Source of the DNA: Stenotrophomonas sp.
GTDB lineage: Bacteria > Pseudomonadota > Gammaproteobacteria > Xanthomonadales > Xanthomonadaceae
Reading direction: 5' to 3'
DNA: 64,000 bases
Assembly (NCBI GenBank): GCA_034675465.1
Contig: JAUCDH010000010.1
Span: 11,806-75,805 of the forward strand
A program made the translations under genes and the position numbers. The first letter of the stretch is position 1. Every line of letters starts with the position of its first letter. Shown here piece by piece: positions 20,340 to 31,565 of this stretch. Under the pieces are notes generated by a model. It made no database searches. It saw only the letters and a program-made list of their open reading frames with translations, and was not told where the DNA came from.

Positions 20340-22650
20340 TCAGCGCGCCGCGCGCAGCAGCGCGTCTTCGACGATGGACTGGGTCAGCACGGTCGGCAGC
20401 ACCCGCGGCGGCGCGCCGGGGCCATAGACCACGTACAGCGGCACGCCCACCGCCTTGTGCTGTTCGAGGAAGGCGCTGATCTGCGGATCGACGTTGGTCC
20501 AGTCGCCGCGCATATAGACCGCATCGACCCGCTTGAGGCCATCGCGGAAGGCATCGCGGTCCAGCACGTTGCGCTCGTTGGCCTTGCAGGTCACGCACCA
20601 GTCGGCGGTCATGTTGACGAACACCACGCGGTTGTCGGCGCGCAGGCGGTCCAGCATTTCCGGCGAATATGTCACCGTGCCCTCGCTGGCCACGCGTGCG
20701 GCCGGCTGCATGCGGGTCACGCCCCACACCGGCACCAGCGCCAGCAGCACGACCGCCGCGCCCAGCGCCATGCCGAGCCGGCGGCTGTGCCAACGGCTGC
20801 GTTCGAACCACCACAGGCCCAGCGCCAACACCGCCATGCCGGCCAGCAGCAGCGCGGTGGCGTCGATGCCGCGCTGCTTGCCCAGCACCCACAGCAGCCA
20901 GATCGCGGTCAGGTACATCGGGAACGCCAGCACCTGCTTGAAGGTTTCCATCCACGCGCCGGGCTTGGGCAGGCGCCGTGCCAGCGCCGGCACGAAGCCG
21001 ACCAGCAGGAACGGCAGCGCCAGCCCCAGCCCCAACAGCAGGAACACCAGCATCGCCAGCGCCGCCGGCGCGGTGAAGGCATAGGCCAGCGCCGGGCCCA
21101 TGAACGGGGCGATGCAGGGGCTGGCGACCACGCAGGCCAGCACGCCGGTGAAGAAGTCGCCCACCGCGCCGTGGCGCTGCGCCAGCGATTGACCGACCCC
21201 GCCGAGGTTGCCGCCCAGCGTGAACACGCCGCTCAGGCTCAGGCCGACCACGAACATCAGGTACGCCAGCGCGGCGATGAACCACGGATGTTGCAACTGG
21301 AAGCCCCAGCCCGCCGCCTGCCCGGCCGCGCGCAGCGCCAGCACCAGCGCACCCACGGCGGTGAACGCGACCAGCACGCCGGCCGTGTACCACAGCGCGT
21401 GGCGGCGGGCATGGGCACGGCTCTCGCCGCTCTGCGCCAGTCCCAGCACCTTCAGCGACAGCACCGGCAGCACGCAGGGCATCAGGTTGAGGATCAGGCC
21501 GCCGGCCAGCGCCAGCAGCAATATCCACGGCAACGAATCGGCGCTGCCGGCGGTACGCGGTGGCTGGCTGCGGCGGCTGTTGTCGGCCGACGCGTCTGGC
21601 GCGGCGGCCTCGGGCATGGTGCGCACCACCAACGATTGCGGCGCCGGCGGGTTGGCCGGGTCGAAGGCCGCGGCGGGCGCGGCTTCGTCCCGGCGGCTGC
21701 TGGGCAGCGGCGGAATCACCCGCGGCGCGACCGCGGCTTCGGTGTCGGGCGACAGCTTGCCGGCCGGCAACGACAGCTTCACCCGGCGGGTCATCGGCGG
21801 GTAGCAGATGCCGTCGGTCTGGCAGCCCTGGAAGGTGGCGACCAGGGTGGCGCTGGCGGCCTCGGCGCGCTCGCGGCGCAGCGGCAGCGGCACATCCACC
21901 TGGTCGAAATACACCACCACGTCGCCGAAATGCTCGTCGCGGTGCGATTTGCCGGCCGGCCACTGCGGCTGCCCGGTGCGGATGCCGGCCACGCCTTCCA
22001 GCGCCAGCGAGGTGCGGTCGCGGTACAGGTAATAGCCCGGTGCCGGGGTGAAGCGCAGCAGCAGGCGGTTGCCGTCATCGACGATGGCCTCGAAGCCGAA
22101 CGCCTGCTCCGATGGCAGCGGCAGGTTCTGGCTGGCGGGCAGGCCGGGCAGTTTCAGGGCGCCGCCGTTGCCGCGCGCCAGTGGGTTGGCCGGGGCGGCG
22201 TCGGCCGCTGCGGCCGCCGGCAGCTTCACTTCCACCATGCGCTTCTGCGGCGGGTAGCAGATGCCGGCATCGGCGCAGCCCTGGTAGCGCACTTCCAGCG
22301 TCACCGTGTCGGCGCCGGGCGCGGCGGTGCCGGACAGCACCGCCTTCAGTTGCTGGTGGTAGGTCTCGACGTCGCCGAAGAAATTCGTCGTGCTTCTTCT
22401 CGCCATCGGCCATCTGCAAGGCGCCGGCGTCGAAGCCCGGCCCGGCCTTGGCGCTGGTGCGGTGGCGGTAGAGGTAGTAGCCGGGCGCGACGTCCCAGCG
22501 CAGTTCGATGCGGTTGCGGGTGGGAGCCTCGACGTGCAGCGCGAAGGCCTGATCGACCGGCAGCAGGTCCTTCTCGCTGATCGCCCATGCCGGCAGGGCG
22601 CCGCCGGCGAGCAGGAGCAGGGCGGTGAAGCGTTGCAGCAGGTTCTTCAA
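20340..22650 (-). CDS. dsbD: Protein-disulfide reductase DsbD, apparent +1 frameshift near 22381-22383
   Basis: Two DsbD N-terminal domains (YYLYR, YQGC...CYPP), NLMPCVLPVLSLK, ASPCIAPFMG, ADWCVTCK; HDE|FFGDVE is split by one extra base. Confidence 0.9.
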
Positions 22651-22651
22651 C

Positions 22652-22984
22652 TCAGGTGTCCTCGCGGGTTTCGTCCCGGATCCAGTCCAGATAGGCCGGC
22701 AGCCCGGCGCTGGGTGTCAGCGTCAGGATTTCCGGCAATTCATAGGGGTGCAGCTGCACGATGACGGCGGTCAGCGCGTCGAGCCGGTCGGCGCAGGTCT
22801 TGGCCAGCAGCTGCACTTCCTCGCCTTGCTCCACCTGCCCCTGCCAGCGATAGACAGACTGCATCGGCGGCAACAAGTTCACGCAGGCGGCCAGGCGCCG
22901 CTCCACCAACTGGCGGGCCAGTGCTTGCGCGGTAGGCGTGTCGGGGCAGGTGCAGAGGACCAAACGGGCGTCATGGGCGTGCAT
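22652..22984 (-). CDS. cutA: Divalent-cation tolerance protein CutA
   Basis: LVERRLAACVN, SVYRWQG, LHPYELPEI. Confidence 0.95.
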   Translation of the reverse strand: MHAHDARLVLCTCPDTPTAQALARQLVERRLAACVNLLPPMQSVYRWQGQVEQGEEVQLLAKTCADRLDALTAVIVQLHPYELPEILTLTPSAGLPAYLDWIRDETREDT

Positions 22985-23071
22985 CGGCGGGATTTTCGCA
23001 GAAATCGCCGGGGTCTTTCCCTACATGTCGGGCCATATGCCTTCCGGTTATTTGACATCGTTGTTATCACT

Positions 23072-23087
23072 TGGCAACAATACAGCA
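23072..23087 (+). promoter_or_regulatory. Possible sigma-54 (-24/-12) promoter for the pilin cluster
   Basis: TGGCAACAATACAGCA has GG-N10-GC spacing but CA instead of TT before the GC. Confidence 0.35.
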
Positions 23088-23163
23088 TTCAGAGTAGTGG
23101 CCGGGCAATGCGTGATGGAGATCGCGCTGCAACCCGGCAATGGCATCCAGCAGGGGGAATGTC

Positions 23164-23562
23164 GTGGAAAGACGCAACAACCGGGGCTTCACGCTGATCG
23201 AAATCATGGTCGTGGTCGCCGTGCTGGCCATTCTCGCGGCCATTGCCTTGCCGGCGTATGGCGACTACAAGCTGCGCGCCAAGATCCGCGTGGCGCAGGC
23301 CGACGTGATGGCGTTGTCGGCCAATGCCGAGAACTATCGCCAACGCACGCTGGGCTATCCGACGACCGAAACCGACGCCAAGAAGGGCTGGAACGGTGCG
23401 GCCAGTGATTTCACCTTCAGCTACCAGACCACCGCCGATGGCTACCAGATTTCCGCCGTGGCCGGCTCGGGTCTGGGCAGGGCCAGCGGCTGCACGCTGA
23501 CGATGGATTCGGGCAACGCCAAGGGCAGCAGCGGCAACTGCCTCGGGACGGTGTGGCAATGA
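23164..23562 (+). CDS. Type IV pilin (PilE-like)
   Basis: RG|FTLIEIMVVVAVLAILAAIALPAY prepilin motif; C-terminal Cys pair (CTLT...NC). Confidence 0.88.
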   Translation: MERRNNRGFTLIEIMVVVAVLAILAAIALPAYGDYKLRAKIRVAQADVMALSANAENYRQRTLGYPTTETDAKKGWNGAASDFTFSYQTTADGYQISAVAGSGLGRASGCTLTMDSGNAKGSSGNCLGTVWQ

Positions 23563-24032
23563 AGCGCGCGGCCGGTTTCACGCTGGTCGAGCTGATGGTC
23601 ACGCTGGCGGTGGTGGCCGTGCTGGCCGCCGCCGGTACGCCGTTCGCGCTGTCGTGGATGGAGAGCAACCGCCAGGTGCAGGCCCGCAACCTGATGTGGG
23701 AGGCGGTGTCGCAGGCCCGTTCCATCGCCCTGCGCAATCCCGGCGAAGCGGTGCAGGGCGCGGTGTCGGCCCAGCTGGAGCGCAGCGGCAACACCTTGCA
23801 GGTGCTGCGTGCCGGCAGCAGTGATGTGCTGTGGACCGGCCAGTTGCCCAATGGCGCGACGACGCAGTTGGCCACCGCCGCCGGTGCGGCGTCTGACGAC
23901 CTGTCGTGCGTGGCCTTCGATAACCGTGGCCATCGCGTGACCTCGGGCGGGAGCTGCGCCACCGCCGTCAGCAAATCCCGCATCGCCGTCGGTTTCAGCA
24001 ACCAGGACCTGCTTTATGTCGATCTGCTTTGA
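23559..24032 (+). CDS. Minor pilin (FimT/FimU-like)
   Basis: AG|FTLVELMVTL, ARSIALRN, VAFDNRG; ATGA overlap with the upstream gene. Confidence 0.8.
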   Translation: MKRAAGFTLVELMVTLAVVAVLAAAGTPFALSWMESNRQVQARNLMWEAVSQARSIALRNPGEAVQGAVSAQLERSGNTLQVLRAGSSDVLWTGQLPNGATTQLATAAGAASDDLSCVAFDNRGHRVTSGGSCATAVSKSRIAVGFSNQDLLYVDLL

Positions 24033-24429
24033 CTCGCCCCGCCGCCAGCGCGGCGACATGATGCTGGAAGCCCTGATCGGCGTGTTGATCACCAGCGTCA
24101 TCGGCGCCGGTCTGGCACAGGTGGCCGGGCGGGTGATGAACAGCCAGCGCGATGCCAAGATCGAGAACCTCGCGGTCGAACGCCTGCGCGACCAGTTGCA
24201 GAACCGGGGCGTGGCGCTGTGCGGCAGCAGCGTGCAGATCGAACTGCCCACCGGCAGCAAGGACGTCGCGGTGGCCTGCGAGGCTGCTTCGCCGAACCTG
24301 ACGGTGTCCGGCATCACCCGCGCCGTCGATGCGCCGCAGCGGGTTGACCTGAAGGTGGCCGCGACCGACCTGGGCATCCACGGTGCAGCCGGCAACGACA
24401 CGCCGTTGACCTTGTCATCGAGGCAATGA
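24016..24429 (+). CDS. Minor pilin (PilV-like)
   Basis: QRG|DMMLEALIGVLITSVIGAGL prepilin-like N-terminus. Confidence 0.7.
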   Translation: MSICFDSPRRQRGDMMLEALIGVLITSVIGAGLAQVAGRVMNSQRDAKIENLAVERLRDQLQNRGVALCGSSVQIELPTGSKDVAVACEAASPNLTVSGITRAVDAPQRVDLKVAATDLGIHGAAGNDTPLTLSSRQ

Positions 24430-25106
24430 CGATGCCGCGCATGTCCGCCACGCCGAGGCAACAGGCCGGCCAGACCCTGATCAGCATGATGGTCGGGCTG
24501 GTGATCTCGCTGATCACCATCGCCGCGATGCTGGTGCTCTACAAGACCATGATCAGCATCTCCGCCGATGCCTCGCGCACCGCCCTGCGCGATGGCCAGG
24601 TATCCGCCGGCCTGCTCGCCGCGCAGATGGAACTGCAATCGGCCGGGTTCGGCGTGGCTCCTTCCGCGTCGATTGACGACCGCCTGCTGATTTCCGCCGC
24701 CGGCAAGCAGGTGGCCTGGCTTTACGACGAGGGCGGCGCGGCGCGCTGCGCCGGCCTGCGCGTGGAAACCACCGGCCTGTACCGCCTGCCGGCCAAGGAC
24801 TGCGGCGCCGGGCTGGCGGCGGCCAGCTGGACGGCGAGCGAATACCAGCCGATGGCGCTGATGCCGAAGAACCCGGACGGTTCGCTGTTCGAGGCCGAAG
24901 GCGAGCAGGGCGGGCTGTCGCTGGCCGCCGGCTACACCTTCAGCACGGCCGGTGCGTCGTGCCTGCCCTACATGCAGCAACAGGGAACCGCCGATGCACC
25001 GTTGCCCGGCGGGCAGCGGGTGAGTCTGGCGACGTCGGACATGAGCAGCTTGCTGTTCACCGCCTGCCTGCCGAATCTGGCGGTGGCGGCGGCCGCTGCA
25101 TCGTGA
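24426..25106 (+). CDS. Minor pilin (PilW-like)
   Basis: QAG|QTLISMMVGLVISLITI and ELQSAGFG motif typical of PilW. Confidence 0.72.
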   Translation: MTMPRMSATPRQQAGQTLISMMVGLVISLITIAAMLVLYKTMISISADASRTALRDGQVSAGLLAAQMELQSAGFGVAPSASIDDRLLISAAGKQVAWLYDEGGAARCAGLRVETTGLYRLPAKDCGAGLAAASWTASEYQPMALMPKNPDGSLFEAEGEQGGLSLAAGYTFSTAGASCLPYMQQQGTADAPLPGGQRVSLATSDMSSLLFTACLPNLAVAAAAAS

Positions 25107-25128
25107 CTTCACCGGGAGAGAGCCTGCA

Positions 25129-27478
25129 ATGAGCCGCAAACAGTATTCCTCCTTCCGCCGTCACCAGCGTGGCATCGCCACCTTGCTGATCGTGCTGGTG
25201 GTCGGCCTGGCCGTCTCGGTGACGGTGGCTGCCACCGTCTATTCGTTGCGCGGCGCCCAGTCCAAGCAGCTGACCACGCATTCGGCCACCGCTGCGCAGG
25301 CAGCAGCCTGGCGCGGCGTGGAAGCACTGCGGTTGTACCTGTTGCAGCTGAACAAAACCCAGCTGGCAGGCTTGAGCGGACCGGTGGACGGCATGGGCGC
25401 GCTGGGCGTCAAATCGGCTGCCATCATCGGCGTCACCCCCAGTCCCAGCAGCATCGACCACTTCCGAGTGAACGCCACTGTGACCGGGCAGGCTGGCCTT
25501 GGCAACGCACTGACTACCGCCACGGTGGAAGTAATTTACGAAGTGGGTCCGGGAGGGGCAGGGACAGTTGTTCCGCCTGTGTGTGGTGCTATGTCCAAGG
25601 CATCGACCGTATTGCGCGGTGATGTATCAATTACAGGTGGAGAAACGGGTTTCATCAGTAATGAGAACTATGAAGACATTGCAGTCGACGGTAGCCTCAC
25701 CATCCAGAGTGCCTCAAAGGCCATCATATCTGGGTGTGCCAAAGGGGGATATCAGGCTGAGCGGTGGCGGTATCGATGACAATGCATGGCTGCGCTCGCA
25801 GAACGGTACCATCACCATCGGAAGCATGAGTCCGCCGGTCAATGCCAAGGTGTGGGGGCGGAATGTAAGGATCGAACAGCATCAAGGAACCTATGACACG
25901 ATCTGGGCCGGTGCCTACAACGTAAATGTGGTGGCAGGCGGGAATATTGTCGGCTCCGCCTATGCAGGTGGGCGATTGATCCAGGAAACTGCCGGCGGCA
26001 TGCCATGGGCTACGGGCAACGTGAAACCTGCGGCTACGGGGAAACTGTTGATCACCCTCAGTGATGGTGGGGAGTGGCTTGTGGATATGGGGGCAGTGAC
26101 GATTGATGCCGTTTCGGGTGCGGTTTCCAATGCGCGGCTCCATGTCGAAAAGGTCAATGATAGCGGTAATGCTGTTTCCGGGGCTTTCCCGGATGGCTTC
26201 ACTCTGGTGTCCACCGCTGTTTCCGGTGGCGAGCTTTGGGTTCAGATGCTCGATCTGAACAGACAGCTTTGGGGCTACAACGTCACCATAAACAACAGCT
26301 ATGGGGGCCGATATCCGGAGATACTGGCGGCGGGCAATTTCACTGCGGGAGGAACTCCACCCATTGGTAAGTTGGTAGGAGGTGGTTTTCTTTGGTCCAC
26401 GACGGGAGGCTGTAGTTCGTCGACCAATTGCTGGAATTTTCCAAGTTTCGGATCCAGCAATAACCCCATTGCCGGAGGAATTTTCTATAGTCCCGATAAA
26501 ACGCCCAAGGCGGGTGGCCTCGGGACACTGGTGGCGGCCAATCAGGTCGGCACTTCTCCCGGTCTCCCCGGGGCACCGTTCTGCGATACACGTGCTCACC
26601 GTTTCGATGCAGATTCTTTCCGTTCGGCGGCAAATTTCATTTTTGAATTCGAGGATGGCAAGCCCATCCTGACGATCCAGAACATGGGGGCCCGAGATGG
26701 CACGACCATCAACAGGGCCAAGATTGATCTGACCACGGTGGACCCTGTACCTGCCACCAGTCCTGCCAACATGACGTTGCGGCGCATCGGTGGTGAGGAC
26801 TTTCTTGGTTGCGGCAATCAGACTCCCGGCAATCAACATGCTGATGCGTTGTCTTGCCTGCGTAATGCGACTCCGGCTACGGGATGGGTTTTGACAGGTA
26901 TCACCAAGTTCCCCCCCGGTATCGCTCTTTTCAAGGGGCGGGTTGTTTTGAATGGCATCGATAACGCCACTCAGCCGGTGCTTGCCAACACCTTGTTGTC
27001 CACGGGTGGCGTTGAAATAAGAAGCAATGCGGTGAGGCTGACCGCGCCCAATTTCGTGAGTCCAGTATCGAGCGTGTGTGGAGGTCGGTTCTATCCAGCC
27101 AATCTGTGTGAAGGGGCTAACGAGCTGAAAAAATGGACTGACGCCGATGGTCGTGAGCGATCCGGTCTGCCGATTGCCAATCTGGCCATTGGTACCGACA
27201 AGGATCTTGATGCCACGGCCGGCAACGGTAATATCACCGGCAACGTCATTCTGGGCCAGGGCATCAGGACCGGAGGGGCCACTCTTTCCATCGGGGGTTC
27301 TCTGACGGTAGGGGCCAATAAGCCTAGCCAGACCACCATCACCGAAGGAGGGTTGAAGATGGATACTTCCAAGATCACCTCCGATCAAGGCTACCTGCCT
27401 AGCATTTGCGCAGTGCCTGAGTCGCCAACTTCCACCAAACCGTCAAACGCTTCGGTGCTTTGGTCCCGCTATCTGTAG
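25129..27478 (+). CDS. PilX-like prepilin with a large inserted Gly/Thr/Asn-rich domain (about 782 aa), apparent +1 frameshift at 25744-25748
   Basis: QRG|[10 protein letters not shown] (no Glu5, as in PilX); ISGCAKG joins DIRLSGGG if one G of GGGGG is removed. Confidence 0.75.
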
Positions 27479-27482
27479 AAGC

Positions 27483-27506
27483 AAGCGCCCCGACAGGGGC
27501 GCTTTT
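27483..27506 (+). terminator. Rho-independent terminator of the pilin cluster
   Basis: AAGCGCCCC GACA GGGGCGCTT TT. Confidence 0.8.
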
Positions 27507-27569
27507 GTATCCGTACCTCGTGCCATCAGCCCTGGTCCATACGACGGCTGTGGAAGTTCGTTACGCCCC

Positions 27570-27597
27570 CTTGAAAGGCCGCCGGTCAACCCCATCT
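27570..27597 (+). promoter_or_regulatory. Sigma-32 heat-shock promoter of groESL
   Basis: CTTGAA-N14-CCCCATCT matches the RpoH consensus. Confidence 0.85.
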
Positions 27598-27708
27598 CCC
27601 AGCCAAGCCCGTCCGACGGGCGTTTTTACGCGTGGTGCCGCCGCCTCCCCGGAGGCAGCGGTGGCCGCCGGACTTTCCAGACCAATCAACAACTTCAAGA
27701 GGTCTTAC

Positions 27709-27996
27709 ATGAGCATCAAGCCGCTGCACGACCGCGTCGTGGTCAAGCCGATCGAAGCCGACGAAATCTCCGCCGGTGGCATCCTGATCCCGGATTCGGC
27801 CAAGGAAAAGTCCACCAAGGGTGAAGTCGTGGCCGTCGGCCCCGGCAAGCCGCTGGACAATGGCAGCGTCCGCGCCCCGGCGCTGAAGGTCGGCGACAAG
27901 GTGATCTACGGCCAGTACGCCGGCAGCACCTACAAGGCCGACGGCGTCGAATACAAGGTGCTGCGCGAGGACGACGTGCTGGCCGTCATCGGCTGA
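27709..27996 (+). CDS. groES: Co-chaperonin GroES
   Basis: [13 protein letters not shown]...[21 protein letters not shown]. Confidence 0.97.
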   Translation: MSIKPLHDRVVVKPIEADEISAGGILIPDSAKEKSTKGEVVAVGPGKPLDNGSVRAPALKVGDKVIYGQYAGSTYKADGVEYKVLREDDVLAVIG

Positions 27997-28040
27997 GCCG
28001 CGTTTCGCGACTGACTACCCAAGACCCCTTACACCCCTGA

Positions 28041-29702
<1,662 letters not shown>

Positions 29703-29737
29703 GTCCGCCGCAGCCTCACCGCTGCCAGGTTGCATTG

Positions 29738-29768
29738 GAAGCCCCGCCGCAAGGCGGGGCTTCTTTTT
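29738..29768 (+). terminator. Rho-independent terminator after groEL
   Basis: GAAGCCCCGCC GCAA GGCGGGGCTTC TTTTT. Confidence 0.9.
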
Positions 29769-29844
29769 GCGCGGTTTGCCGAAGCCGCTGGGTTGCCGTT
29801 GAAACATTCGCGCCATCGGAAAAACCGTGTTATCAATGCAGCCC

Positions 29845-29925
29845 ATGAACGCAGCCCGCGCCAGCTTTTATTTTTGGTACTACTTTCCGAAGCCGCTGGC
29901 GGAGGAAGGACTGCGCTCACCCTGA
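29845..29925 (+). CDS. Putative attenuator leader peptide rich in aromatic residues
   Basis: MNAARASFYFWYYFPKPLAEEGLRSP* (alternative ATG at 29836); seven consecutive Phe/Tyr/Trp codons at 29866-29886. Confidence 0.8.
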   Translation: MNAARASFYFWYYFPKPLAEEGLRSP

Positions 29926-29948
29926 AGAAACTTTCAGACGCATTCCCG

Positions 29949-29978
29949 AAAGCCGCCAGCGAACCTGGCGGCTTTTTT
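29949..29978 (+). terminator. Attenuator terminator upstream of DAHP synthase
   Basis: AAAGCCGCCAG CGAAC CTGGCGGCTTT TTT; its 5' arm is also complementary to CGCTGGCGG at 29894-29902. Confidence 0.85.
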
Positions 29979-30032
29979 CATGCCGCCATCGCCGGGGCAA
30001 CCCCCACACGAACACCACCCGGAGATTCCCCC

Positions 30033-31106
30033 ATGCCCCCCCATACCGACGACCTGCGCATCCGCAAGCTCGACCCGCTGACCCCGCCGGCGCACCTGAT
30101 CTCGCTGCTGCCCTGCGACGACGACGTGTCGCAGACCGTGGCCGATTCGCGCGCGGCGCTGCACCGCATCCTGCACGGTGAGGACGACCGCCTCGCCGTC
30201 GTCGTCGGCCCCTGCTCGATCCACGACCCCGCCGCGGCGATGGACTACGCCCAGCGCCTGCGCCCGTTGCGCGATGCGCTGGGTGGCGAACTGGAAATCG
30301 TCATGCGCGTCTATTTCGAAAAGCCGCGCACCACGGTGGGTTGGAAGGGGCTGATCAACGACCCGGACCTGGACGGCAGCTTCAACATCAACAAGGGCCT
30401 GCGCGTGGCGCGTGGGCTGCTGCGCGACATCAACAAGCTGGGCCTGCCGGCGGGCTGCGAATTCCTCGACACGATCTCGCCGCAGTACATCGCCGACCTC
30501 GTGGCGTGGGGCGCGATTGGCGCGCGCACCACCGAGAGCCAGGTGCATCGCGAACTGGCCTCGGGTCTGTCGTGCCCGGTGGGCTTCAAGAACGGCACCA
30601 CCGGCGACGTGAAGATCGCCGCCGATGCGGTGGGCGCGGCCTCGCACCCGCACCACTTCCTGTCGGTGACCAAGGAGGGCGGCACCGCCATCGTCGCCAC
30701 CCGCGGCAACCCGGATTGCCACGTCATCCTGCGCGGCGGCAAGGTGCCGAACTTCGACGCCGCCAGCGTGCAGGCGGCCAGCGATGTGCTGGAAAAATCG
30801 AAGCTGCCGGCGCGGCTGATGATCGACGCCAGCCACGCCAACAGCAGCAAGAACCCGGAGAACCAGCCACGGGTGCTGGAAGACGTCGCCATGCAGATGG
30901 AGGCGGGTGAATCGCGCATCGTCGGGGTGATGATCGAAAGCCATTTGGTTGGCGGGCGGCAGGAGCTGGTCGAAGGCCAGCCGCTGACCTACGGGCAGAG
31001 CATCACCGATGGCTGCATCGACTGGGACAGCACCGTGCAGGTGTTGGAGCGGTTGGCCGAGGCGGTGCGCGTGCGCCGGCGCAATGCGCTCGACGCAGCG
31101 GCTTGA
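30033..31106 (+). CDS. aroG: Class I DAHP synthase (3-deoxy-7-phosphoheptulonate synthase)
   Basis: VGPCSIHD, MRVYFEKPRTTVGWKGLIND, GAIGARTTESQVHRE, IDASHANS. Confidence 0.93.
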   Translation: MPPHTDDLRIRKLDPLTPPAHLISLLPCDDDVSQTVADSRAALHRILHGEDDRLAVVVGPCSIHDPAAAMDYAQRLRPLRDALGGELEIVMRVYFEKPRTTVGWKGLINDPDLDGSFNINKGLRVARGLLRDINKLGLPAGCEFLDTISPQYIADLVAWGAIGARTTESQVHRELASGLSCPVGFKNGTTGDVKIAADAVGAASHPHHFLSVTKEGGTAIVATRGNPDCHVILRGGKVPNFDAASVQAASDVLEKSKLPARLMIDASHANSSKNPENQPRVLEDVAMQMEAGESRIVGVMIESHLVGGRQELVEGQPLTYGQSITDGCIDWDSTVQVLERLAEAVRVRRRNALDAAA

Positions 31107-31115
31107 TGTGAGGTC

Positions 31116-31152
31116 AGGTGCGGGGCAAACCCGCACCTGCAAGGCGAGGCAG
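31116..31152. repeat. REP-like hairpin pair upstream of the GIY-YIG gene
   Basis: CAGGTGCGGG GCAAA CCCGCACCTG, followed at 31154-31171 by TGTGGGG TTTG CCCCACA. Confidence 0.5.
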
Positions 31153-31213
31153 CTGTGGGGTTTGCCCCACACGGAGCTTTACCGATTGCCCGCTTCACGC
31201 TGAAGATAAACCC

Positions 31214-31471
31214 ATGGCCGCGCAATGGTTCCTCTACCTGCTCGAATGCCGTGACGGCAGTTACTACGCAGGCATCAGCACCGACGTGGAAGCCCGCTTC
31301 CGTGCGCATCTGGCCGGCAAGGGCGCACGCTACACGCGTGCGCGCCCGCCGTTGCGCATCCTCGGCCTGCGCGCCTATGCCGACCGTGCGGCGGCTTCGC
31401 GTGCCGAATGGGAAATCAAGCGGCTGCCGCGCGAGCACAAGCTGGCGTGGTTGCTGCGCGACGGTGCGTAG
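31214..31471 (+). CDS. GIY-YIG nuclease family protein (YhbQ/UPF0213-like)
   Basis: [36 protein letters not shown]...[11 protein letters not shown]. Confidence 0.9.
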   Translation: MAAQWFLYLLECRDGSYYAGISTDVEARFRAHLAGKGARYTRARPPLRILGLRAYADRAAASRAEWEIKRLPREHKLAWLLRDGA

Positions 31472-31565
31472 GGTGGCGTTTGGCCCCGCGCGGGTGTGAC
31501 CGGAAGAACCAACCGCCACCCCGGCAAGGACACATCGCACGGGCTTCGCCGTTATCCTCAGCCCC

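Noticed and set aside
22985-27510. Pilin cluster as a prophage or integrative element
   Set aside because: No integrase, transposase, att-like direct repeats or tRNA target are visible.
29779-29899. 13-bp direct repeat CCGAAGCCGCTGG upstream of and within the aroG leader
   Set aside because: It is short and GC-rich with only two copies; no function can be supported from the sequence.
29730-30032. 100-aa N-terminal extension of DAHP synthase in the ORF track
   Set aside because: It runs through two terminators and the leader region; the real start is ATG 30033 with a GGAG RBS.
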